From assembly GCA_026026165.1 (NCBI GenBank), contig JAPEUD010000008.1:124001-188000 (forward strand): 64,000 nt of DNA, read 5' to 3'. The translations under genes and the position numbers were made by a program. The notes under the pieces were generated by a model. It worked only from the letters and a program-made list of their open reading frames with translations. It ran no database searches and was not told the origin of the DNA. Source of the DNA: Sarea resinae (taxonomy: Eukaryota). Of this stretch, positions 25,797 through 36,456 are shown piece by piece. Positions within the stretch are counted from its first letter, which is position 1, and every line of letters starts with the position of its first letter.

Positions 25797-25929
25797 GGCG
25801 GGTCTTGGGGAGGGGGGCTAGCGCGGGCGCGGGGGGGTTTCTTGTTCTCGTGTCGTTTGTATTTTCACTTCACTTGCGTTTGTTTGGTTATTTTGTTTGG
25901 TCATTTTGTTTGTATCGGTGGAATGGAAG

Positions 25930-25983
25930 AAGGAAAGAAGGAAGGAAGGAAGGAAGGAAGGAAGGAAGGAAGGAAGGAAGGAA
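25930..25983 (+). repeat. (GGAA)n microsatellite
   Basis: Run of ggaa units between the convergent 3' ends of two genes. Confidence 0.9.
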
Positions 25984-26159
25984 GAGCGAAATGAAGAGGA
26001 CCAGCCTGTTACAGCGTGTCAGGAATTGAATGTTTTGTTAGCTACAGAAACAAAAAAAGAAATACCGCTCAATACTGATTGAGACAGTCTCTATTCCAAA
26101 ATATCCCAAAGAGATTGTTGTTCGTGACCAATACAGATAGATGCCCAATGCTTGGCGGT

Positions 26160-29100
26160 TCAGCACGCCCAATGACAATCCATCTGCCGATTCTGTATTG
26201 ATCGAAAATTAGCATCTCAGTCTCTCTATCCGAAGTTTGACAACGGTGGCAGTGGAAGAAGTTGTGGGTTTCAAGGGGGAGAAGAGAAGAAAATAAAAAT
26301 AAACTTGACTTACAGCTGAATGCTGGTCGGCGCCCAGCGACGTCGCGCTATCGAGCCAATCCCAGAAATTGCCATTGTCCCATCCGCCGACGGAGCAGTA
26401 CGGCAGGCGGGACGAATCCGTATCCGTGTCATCCCACTCGGTCGAGCCGGCCGTCAGGGTGAGGACCCAATCTTCCCAGTTGATCTGGGGCGGCGGGGGC
26501 GCGACCATTCTGCCACGGAAGCGGCGGCTGCTGCTGCTTGTGGGAATGGTGGTGCGGTTGAGGAAGTCGACGGAGAGGTCGTAGGGGAGGTGGGAGTCAG
26601 AGGCGGCGACCGAGGCGCTGTCGCCCCAGTGGAGCTGGTAGTTTTGGCTGGCGAGCAGCGCGTTGGCGCCGTCGGTGATGTTGAGCTGCACGTACAGCGG
26701 CTCGTTGTAGCTGAGCGAGGCCTCGAAGATGTGCAGATCGCACGTGCCGGTGGCGTAGGCGGGCGGGGGCGACGAGGTGCTGACGGCGATGCGCGTCGTG
26801 GTGCCGACTTCGCACGTGTACGTGGTGGCCTTGTCCGGGCCCACGGTCGTGCCCACGCCGGCCTGCCACCCGTCATTGCATGCACATGCGATGGTGGCGG
26901 GGACGTTGATGTCGCCGGTGCTGAGAGCCGCCTGGCTGGTTAGAGCACAGGAGGTTATTGGTGGCACTGTAGTGCTGACGGCTATACGTGTGGTTGTGCC
27001 GACCTCGCAGGTGTACGTGGTTGCCTTGTCAGGGCCAACCGTCGTCCCCACGCCGGCCTGCCAACCGTCATTGCATGCACATGCGATGGTGGCTGGAATG
27101 TTGATATCGCCGGTGCTGAGAGCCGCTTGGCTAGTCAAAGTACAAGAGCTAATCGGCGGAGATGAAGTTATGCTGTAGGTGGAGGACGCCGTGGAAGTTA
27201 CGCTATGGCCGGAGGACGAGGCAGCACTGGGGGATATAGATGATAGCGGCGAAGACGAGCCTGTGGCCTTTGTTGTTTTTATGAGCATAGTACTCGTCGA
27301 GGATGGCCCGGAGCCCGAGCTTGTCGAAGCCTTTGTTGCTGAATTGGTGGTACTCGAGATCTGGGTGCTATTTGCGCTGGGCGATGATGACGAGCTTCCA
27401 GTGGATGCCCCATTCGAGCTCGAAGAAGTCTTGGAGGCGCCGGATGAAGTGGCGGAACTGCTAGAGCTAGAACCGGTGGAATTACTGGTGTAGCCGCTGC
27501 ATGGGTTTGCGTAGCCAACGTCTCGCTGCTGAATAGTGCCCGTGGGTGGTGTAGTGTGCGGAAGCCAGAAGTCTTGGTACGTGATCAGTTGATCCTCTAC
27601 CCACAACCGCCATCGACCGATTTGAAGGCCGGGAGAGGTCGGATCCACACCAGACGCAGTCGTTGTGAGCCAGCTCTGGAACGGGTCAACTTCCAAGATG
27701 GCTCTACCGGCAGTGCCAGGGTTCTGGGTTGACGCTTGTGCGCTGGTACGCGTGTAGCCCAAGGTAAAGCCGGTACCACCTGAACCAGGCAGGATTCCGG
27801 CTATCTTGTTCGCGAGATCCTGAGCGCGCGCTTGATACCTCAGCGTAGTGGTGATTTGGAAGTTATTTCGATCAAAGTCGGTTGTGCGCGGAGTGAGGAC
27901 AAAGACTTTGGGGCTGTAGATAGCGTTCAAGACTCCAGGCTGGGCGTCGGTTCCTATGAGGGAGGTAATACTTAGAGCATTTGCTGTGCCATCGCGGAGA
28001 GAATTGAACGCTTTAGTCGTAAAAGAAGCGTCGTCGGTTGAAGCCCAAGTACTGTCAATGAAGACAGGGTTCTCCCAGATGTGAGAGAGATACACACCCT
28101 TCTCGGATGAGATGATCACGGCCGTGCACCCGTAAATGCCATTGACACCTACAGCTGCGTGACCAAAGATTGGATAGTCGTACCAGTGTCCAGACGCATC
28201 TCCTTGTTGACTGACCCAGGTAGCCCCTTGACTCAAACCTCTGACGTAGTTGGTGTAAGGAGGAGTGACGTCCGGAAGAGCGCGTTCAAACAAGGGGTTA
28301 GAAATATCCCCCAGAGTTTCATTGGAATCCGTTGGATCACTGGAAAATCCTCTCTTGGAAGGGGCATTGGTGGAGTCAGTCGGGCTTGCAACCGCAATGG
28401 TCCCAGCGACTCCGTAGCTAGCGGTTGGCAGAGCAGAGGTCGTACTCGTTGAGATCAGCGAACAGTCTTCAGTAGTAGCTATGATCCCCATGCTGGCGCC
28501 ACTGAGAGGACCTCCACCCAGGGGACATGCGCCCCCACAAGTATCAGAAGCACATGGTGTCTGAGTTGCGCTTGACGACGCCGAACTAGAGACAGTCGTT
28601 GTCGTTCCGGTGACAGAGCAGCCGCTGGTCGTGACCGTGGTTGTGGGCGAGCAAGTCGTGGTTGAAACCGTGGAACCGCCGGTCGTATATGTGGTAGGTA
28701 TACATAGAACAGTGACTCTCAATGCTGTTTGCGTGGATGTGCACGAGGAGGATGAGCTCGTTCCAGAACTGCTTCCGGTGCTCTTTGACGTGCCCGTTGA
28801 TGTTTTAGAGTTCGTGTTGCTACTCGAATTGTTGTCGTCGCCGTCGTCAGTGAGATCATCGTTCTCTGATGTTAAGTCGTCCAAAGTGCTTTCAACGCCC
28901 TCGGTATCATCGGCATTGACACTGTCCGTGATGTTGTCCAAATCCTCGTCGATGCAAGACAATGAACTTACGACGTCGCTGATAGGGCCCAGCAGACCCC
29001 TCTTCTTCTTCTTCGAACCACATGGTTTAGACGACGAATCACTGCCCAGATCGGAGATGAGATCTTCCACGTCGCTTTTGATACTTTTGACTTTGTTTAG

Positions 29101-29973
29101 AGTGTCTGTCTTGAGCGGTGTCGGGCTTGCCTTCCAAGAATTGATGACAGGTATCAGGCCTACAATCTGGGAGGACACTGAAGATACAGCAGACGTTGCT
29201 TGAGAGCTGGCAATAGTCGTTGTAGCTGCTGGAAGAGTAATTGGTGACGAGAGTCCTCCGCCAGTAATGATGGGCTCTCTGACGGTTGTGCCAGATTCCA
29301 CAATGATGGAAGTGATGATGCCTAATGTGACGCTGGGAATAGCTGAAGTGCTGTTGCTGCTACCAATAGCCGTCGAGGATGACCCTGAAGAGGAAGAGGG
29401 CCTTGGCGAGCTTCCCGTTCCAGCCGATGAGCTAGCCAATATTGGAGAGGAAGATAATCTTGATGAGCTCCCTGTCCCAGTTGATGACGAGGTGGACGAA
29501 TTTGAAAATCTTGCGGTGGATGGGAGGCTGATGCTCGATGAGGAGACTGCCGTGCTGTTGGTGCCTTGAATGCTATTGCTAGTGCTGGGAGGTAGGTTTG
29601 TACTTGACGAAGAGGGTGTGCTGGATGTGATAGGCGCAGAGTTGGAACAAGCCTTGCCGGGGACAATAACGACAGAGCCTCCCTGCTTGACAGCAGACAT
29701 GACACAGCCATCTGAAAGAGTGTAAGTAGCCGCTGTGGTGTTTCCTCCCAGGCTAATCGTTTTGCTTGAGTCGACTACAATACCGGCGCCGTTTGGAAGG
29801 ATAGACAAGGGCTCTGCATCATACGTAGTCGCGGTAGAGACGGGCAAGGTAAAATTGGAGTAGTATACACTACTACTGCTCGATATGGCAGCTGCAGATG
29901 CATATCGGGCAATCGAAGACAGGACGAAAAGCGCTCTTCCGGTTGATGCGGGCCAGCCGCCATGGTACCGCAT
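26160..29973 (-). CDS. Large secreted Ser/Thr-rich multidomain protein with putative CNF1/CheD-like Cys-His domain, two Cys-rich repeats and a C-terminal Cys/Trp domain
   Basis: Exon 29973-26314, GT-AG intron 26313-26193, last exon 26192-26160 (NRQMDCHWAC*); ~1230 aa. Signal-peptide-like N-terminus (ALFVLSSIARYASA|AAI); dibasic sites KKKKR, SKR; motif VGVNGIYGCTAVIISSEKGVYLSHIWE. The gene model is well supported, the function is not. Confidence 0.8.
26772..27160 (-). repeat. Two tandem 195-nt (65-aa) coding repeats
   Basis: PPI(S/T)SC(T/A)LTSQAALSTGDIN(I/V)PATIACACNDGWQAGVGTTVGPDKATTYTCEVGTTTRIAVST occurs twice; identical nucleotide anchors are 195 nt apart (26878 and 27073). Confidence 0.95.
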
Positions 29974-31020
29974 GATGAGGGTTGATGTAAAGACAGACGC
30001 AGGTGAAAGAGACGTGAAGACAGATGCAAAAACGAGAGACGTAAAGACAGCTGCAAAAGAATGAGATGCAAGAGATAGGAATCAACAAGATTGCTCGCAT
30101 GGGAATCGAGGCACATCTATAAACGCTTATACCCGACGACTCTGGACAACAGCTGGAGATCATGAGATTGACATTATCGTATATAGCCCTATTAGAACAA
30201 AGATTCCGATCCTAGATCTGTTGGAGAAAGCAACTAATGCATGTTGGACATGACTGAAACGATCGTGCCCAAGGATACTGCTGCGCCGCGGACTGCGGGC
30301 GTAAACCTCACAGTCGATCTGCGGACAGGCACATTGGACGTGGAGCAGCAGAGAGAGAGAGAGAGATCAGCCTATACACAATACGAAGATATGAAACATA
30401 CAACCTGGAAGACCGATGAAGCACCGAAAAGGGAAAAGGTTGGACGTGCTGTGACCAACACCAACCAACACTCCAACACCCTTTGGTGAGCAGGAGTAAT
30501 AGTAAGCACTAGATCAGCCTCGCAGCCGTCTCCCGCTCTTGACGGATCATCGGTTGACGGTTCATGGTTGATATTCATCCACCGATGCCCATCTCATCGG
30601 TGGCCGTTTCAGCCCACGCACGGCCACGGGGGCGCTCTGATCCTGTACTACCATGTATGAGTACTACGTAATACTATGGATGAGTACTACGTGCTACTTG
30701 ATACCCTCATGGAGCCGTGTGCACGGATGGCCAATTTCCTTTTCCTCGATGCGAGTGAGGGATTCATTTCCAACGTGTTGTTACGCAGGAGCATTATGTA
30801 AAGGGTGATCATCGCTAAACTGAGGTACCACCTTACCCCAACACTAAGATTTACGTACGGAGTATCGAGTGCTCTCGACATCGGTGACAGGTATGGCAGG
30901 GACCTTGAACGGGGTTCCATGAGCATCGCCCTGGTGCCATATACAATGGGATGGCAACAGCAGATTCAGTCTGCGTACTGACCGGATACAGGATATCACA
31001 TAGTAGTCAATCCAGAAAAG

Positions 31021-31118
31021 ATGGCCGACTCTAGCACGCTGTCGCGCCAACAGCAGCTTCAACAGCAGATGATGATGACCGCGCGCCAGCAGCAGATGCA
31101 GATGATGGCTGCCCGCCA

Positions 31119-31149
<31 letters not shown>

Positions 31150-32175
31150 CAACAACAAAACGCAGCAGCCAGCGGCAACAGCCATGGCATTACTCCGTCT
31201 CAGCCTCTATCGAGCACCATGGGCTCAGCGTATGACGACCTCCCCATCATGGACCCCACCGACCTGGGCTTTATCGGCCAAAAGCCGGCCTCGTTGGAAT
31301 CCTTCGAATCCGCCTGCCGGACAGGCCCCGTTTCCACCGTCCAGTCCATCATCTCGTCCGAGACCCGCACCCCCTCCTATCTCCACCATGGCCTCACCCT
31401 CGCCCTCAGCGCCGGCAATGTCGAGGTCGCCCGCTACCTCCTCTCGGCTGGCGCGCCTATCGTGCGCCTAACCCCAACCAGCATCCTCTCGGCGCCGTCG
31501 GACCAGCAACTCGCCCTCTTCGAGCTCCTCACCCACCACCGCTGGACCCCCAATACCCCGGGCTACTACGGAGCCGTCCTGCTCCCCAGCGTCGTCACGA
31601 ATTCCCATCTCCTTGGCTGGTTCCTCGCCCACGGCGCCAACCCCAACCTCGGCGCGCAGCGCGATCATCGTGACCGTATGGGCGGGCCCGACACGGACTC
31701 GTGCGCTGCTCTCGAGTTGGCCGCAGGCGGCGCAGACGTCGAGGCCGTGCGCATGCTCCTCGACGCCGGCGCCGAGATCCGGAACGGGTCACCGTTGCAC
31801 TTTGCCGCGGGCGCGTGTCCGCCCGGCATGAATCCACACGCCGGTCGTGTGACGCCGAGTAGGGAGTTTGACGAGGGCAGGATTCCCGTCATGGCACTGC
31901 TGGTGGAGCGCGGCGCCGATGTGAATCAGGCAGAGGTGTCACGGCATATGGTGGCGCGGTATGCCATTGTGCATGCGGTGATGGCAGGGGCGGTAGAGAG
32001 GGTGAGGTGGTTGTTAGAGCGGGGGGCGAATCCAGAGGCGAGAGGGGCATGGGGCAGTGCCGTCGAGTACGCAAGGACAATGGGAAGTGAGGAGATGAGA
32101 AGGATATTAGAAGAGGGGGTGACGACGAGGAGGTGGATCAATGATAATGTCACCGAGACAGAACGAACGCAATAA
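31021..32175 (+). CDS. Ankyrin-repeat protein with N-terminal poly-Gln
   Basis: Intronless 384-aa ORF; LALSAGNVEVARYLLSAGA, WFLAHGANPN, ALELAAGGADVEAVRMLLDAGA, SPLHFAAG, LLVERGADVN, AVMAGAVERVRWLLERGANP; CAG/CAA run at ~31117-31158. Confidence 0.9.
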
Positions 32176-32298
32176 GCCGGAGCAGACTTCATGGAATTTG
32201 CTTCTATTTAAAGCTAACTATCCCTGACTCGACCAGTATCAACTCTCTTTATTATCCATCTTGCCCTCCATCTCCTCCCTCTCCTTCCCCTTATTCCC

Positions 32299-33411
32299 CT
32301 ACTTCTGTTTCTTCGCTTTCGTGCTCGTTCCACTGCTACTCTCATCACTAGTCCTACCAGTATACCGTGTGGAAGGAAAGGCCCGAGTGATGTTGGCATG
32401 GGCTTCGTAGAGGATCCAAAGCGGTATCCATACCCAGAGCGTGTTGAAGAAAAAGAGATAGACCCACCTTTTGGTTTTTAGGGGTTAGTGAGTCGTAGGG
32501 TTTTGAGAGGAAGAGAGGGAGAGAACAGTCGGGGGAAGGAGCGAAGATGGGAGAGAGAAGAGAGAAGAAAGAGAGGAGAGAAGAGAAGAGGAGAGGAGGA
32601 GAGGAGGGAGGGAAAAGGAGATGAGAGAGAGGGTGGAAGGGTAGAGGGAGTAGGCAGAGAGGTTCGAGGAAGGGAAAGGGGAAAAGGGGATGACGTACTT
32701 GTACATAAAGTTACTGGTATCGAGATTGGGGCTGCCCACGAGCCATTCCGGGACGAAAGTCATAAAGCCTAGATACGTAGGGCGAGATCGCATTAGCATT
32801 AACATCAAATTCCAACGGGCCTCGGTATCGCCCTCGCTTTTCACTGATCGTTTCTCGGCTCCATAATCGCAGATATCAACCTCCCCCATGCACGCACACA
32901 GACGAGAGCACATACCACCATACAATTCACCCGTCGCCAGCACCACCATCCAGAACCACGTGGCCTGCTCGCCCTTCCTCAGACCCCTCGCACACCACGC
33001 CGCCAACGGAGCGCCGATGCCGACCGTCAGGAGCTCAATGGCGACTACATTCGCATCCGCAACCTCCCATCTGCGATCGGCTTGTGCGTAGACCTGCCAC
33101 AGTCGGGCCGAGGGCGCGGTGCTGTACCTAGCGCCGTAAAGCCTGTGCGGATCGCCGAGGAAGTTGGTCGACGAGATGGACGAGGTGGTGGTTGGGATCG
33201 ACGAGAACAGGGAATGATATAGGAAGGATCCTTCGAGGAAGATATGGATGAGCGCGTCGAAGACGTGCCAGATATATAGGAAGCGTGTTTTGGTTGTGCT
33301 GGTGCGGGGCAGGAGGGAGTGGGAGAGCGTGTAGGCGGCGAGGAGCAGGAGGAGCGTCGTCGCGAGTGAGAGGAGCGTGGTTGTGTCTGTTAGAGAGGGA
33401 GAAGGGGCCAT
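32299..33411 (-). CDS. Emopamil-binding protein / EXPERA-domain protein (sterol delta8-delta7 isomerase-like)
   Basis: Exons 33411-32916, 32768-32699 and 32467-32299: WHVFDALIHIFLEGSF, LWQVYAQADRRW, VVAIELLT, LATGELYG/GFMTFVPEW, WVYLFFFNTLWVWIPLWIL; C-terminal KKQK ER-retrieval signal. Confidence 0.92.
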
Positions 33412-33890
33412 ATTTGCGCTTTGTTTTCGTGTCGCAGGAAAGAAAAGGGCAAAGAGCTGTTCGGAGCTGGCGGCGACGGTCGAGAGCAAGCGGATAGACT
33501 GGGCACCTTGGGCTTACTGCTGCTGGCTTATGGTCGTCCCGGAATGGATTGTTTTGATTTCGTCGAACACAAATCTTATCAGATGGATGACTCAGGATAA
33601 TCTTATCATATCTTATCTAATCAAGTATCTCTCTTGGGCAGATATCACCCCGACCCCACACCCCACATCCTATGCCCTCCAGCTGAAGTCGGAACGGGCC
33701 ATCCAGGCGTGCACCCATCGTCAATTGAGCCCGTCTGAGATATGGCCGCGACGGATATAATCGCGGTCACAGATCATCACTACCGCTGCTTGTCTCCTTC
33801 TGAACATTGAGCTTGAGACCGAGTACGGTGCTCTTCGCCACACCTCACTTCGCCTCATCTCGTCACGGCCAAGACAGATAAAAGTCCAAA

Positions 33891-34479
33891 ATGTGTTTCG
33901 GCCGCACGCCCAACCCACGAATCGTAGCCGGCACCGACGCGCCCTATAGCCCCACCGCCGCAGACGACGAGGACGAGATACTGTCCGATGCTCCGCGGCC
34001 GGTGCGAGACTCGCATTCTCCGCATCTCGTTCCGCATCCCGTTTCCTCCCTGCCACGGAAGCAGGAAGCTGAGGATGGGGTTGAGGGAAAAAGGAATGGC
34101 GATGTAGAGGATGCGAATGAGAGGGTGAACAGCGGTAGGGATGGCAATTCGGATGGGTCTGGAGATGGGCTTGGAGACCGAGATGGAGACTTGGGAGATG
34201 ATGGGATGGAAGGAGGCAAAATAACGAAGGAGAAGAAGAGGAGGAAGTGGCTGAGTTTTCCGAAGGGAATTGACCGGAGTGGGTACGCTCACATCTCTCT
34301 TTTCCAGTGCCTTCTCTTACTTGCGTCGGGCTTTCCTCTACTGTCCCTCTATCCTTACGGCCTGATCATCTATGTCTTTCCCGTAATACTAGTGAATCCC
34401 TCGCAATACTAACCAGAAATATCGCTCTAGAGATAACGGCCCAGATGTATCCTTCGGCGCAACGGGCGGCGCTATATGA
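33891..34479 (+). CDS. Small hypothetical hydrophilic protein (MCFG... N-terminus)
   Basis: ORF from ATG 33891; plausible intron (GTACGC ~34283 to TAG ~34430, CTAAC branch) gives ...GIDRSG/DNGPDVSFGATGGAI*. No recognisable domain. Confidence 0.45.
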
Positions 34480-36456
34480 TTTCTTCAGCTTGTCTATTAC
34501 TTTCCGTCCACAATAGCCATTGGAAATAACATCGAGCTATCGTGTCCAAATCCATCATTTCCATCATCTCTGATGTGGGGGCTTTCTCTTTCTCTTTTTC
34601 TTTTTTTGGTGCCGGCGTTTTGGAATCGAGGGCTGAGATCCGAGCCACTCAGCTATATATCAATTCGATTACCCTAATCACTAACAGCGGATTCTCCTCT
34701 CTTCTGGGGCCTGAACTGTGTTGTATTTTCAGTCCTCGATTCTCTTCAACATTCTGATGTTCCGAACAAATGTGCGGCAGCAGATCAAAGTTTATAGAGC
34801 TTTTTTGTTCTAGCCCACTTTACCTATAGTTTTTATGTCTGCTGCCTCAGAAAGCTAATCATCTAGGGGCGAAATACGCTCTATATTATAAGGACGAACC
34901 AAAATAGCGGCTACGCATGTACGATCATCCCCGCACCTCCAACAGAGCCCTGAATATTTCTTCCCTTCCAAGGCAACAACCCACAAGACCGAAAGTCGAA
35001 TCTCGATACCTACGCACTTGCTGGCATAAATCTTTTTCTTTCTCCTTACTCATGACAATAATCAGCCACTAATAACTTTCACACGCACTCTTTCTCTCTC
35101 AAGCCTACCTCACTTCGATTATATTTCATCAGTATTCCATCGGTGTCAGTATTAATGTTTCTCCTCAAATTCATAGGAACGCCGAGATCTTGATATACTG
35201 GTCCTGAGCAAATCTCCTACATAGTAGCGTGCGCAATTCCTTATTGTCCTACTTAAAATTTTTATCTCCGATCATACGAACAGAGACGCGGAGAGACTAG
35301 AGGGGGTTCAGGGACTGCAGTTTAGCTGTCTGTGTTTTGATTTGTGCTCCCCCTTCCCCCCAATCCCCTTCTTCCCTTCTGTTTCTTTCTTCTTCTTCCT
35401 TCCCCTCAGATTAAATTTAGCAAAAACAGCCTGGGCCTCACAGGCTACACACGTTCCAATCAGGGCCTTGTGGGATATTACTACAATACCGAGATCTTCA
35501 GCAGAGGAGATATGGGAGAACTTGGATATTTGGTTATTCAGCGAGCTAGCCTTGAGACTTAAGTCTTTCCTGCTCATTTGCTCGCTCCTCCCGGTCCACC
35601 TTATGATCTTGCTCGTGATTAGCTTAATTCGGGGTACAACGATATGGCTGAAAAGATGATAAAAAAAAAGGGCATCCCTGGCTCTCACGGACTCTCGTAA
35701 ACATGGCTGTCTGGCTACTACTGCTAGGGATCTTCTGAGCTAGGAAAAGAATGTGTCGAATGGGTACACTTCGTTGGCCCAGATCTGTAGACAGTCCTAG
35801 CAGCGGTTATGCGATCCTTTCCGTCCTTAAGGTTTGCAATAGGGGAGGGGCAAATGTTCACATATGGCTGACGCCTTTGACATGATCACGACCAAGACAG
35901 TCCCTCAACTCTGTTTGTAGGATTTTCATGAAGCTAAGCAAAGAGCTATCCATAAAGCTACCTGATTGACCTCGTGAGGAAAACTCGCTATTATCGCCGC
36001 AACGACCATATCTTAGTCTCCTCGTGAATCCCTCGACGAGTTGCCATCCGAAACAGAACAGTGTTTATCCCTCACTCTCCGTCTGGCTCCACCGGTAGGA
36101 AGACATCCTTCTGGCAATCAACCCTTCCACCTTCCACTCTGCTCAAGCATCGTGAGTCTGTCCATCAAAAGCACACGCAGAACAGTCGTCCAAGCACAGT
36201 TCCAGACGTTTCTTCTCGTTCACGATACCTTCATCCTAGTGCCATCTTTCACATCAGTGAACGAATAGTCCTAGGCTAATCGACCACTCACGCGCTGAGA
36301 AATTCCTTCAAAGCCCACACACCTCTCTCCTCAGGAACTCAATCTTCTCACATCTCTTCAAACCCTTACTTCTTTCTCCATCAATCTCATACCCATCACC
36401 AACTTCGTTCCTAATCATTCAAACCATCAAGATAGTTCATCAAGTATCCATCAAGT

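Noticed and set aside
26320..29569. Several plus-strand ORFs (207, 133, 197 aa) opposite the secreted gene
   Set aside because: Antisense shadows of Ser/Thr-rich or GC-rich coding sequence.
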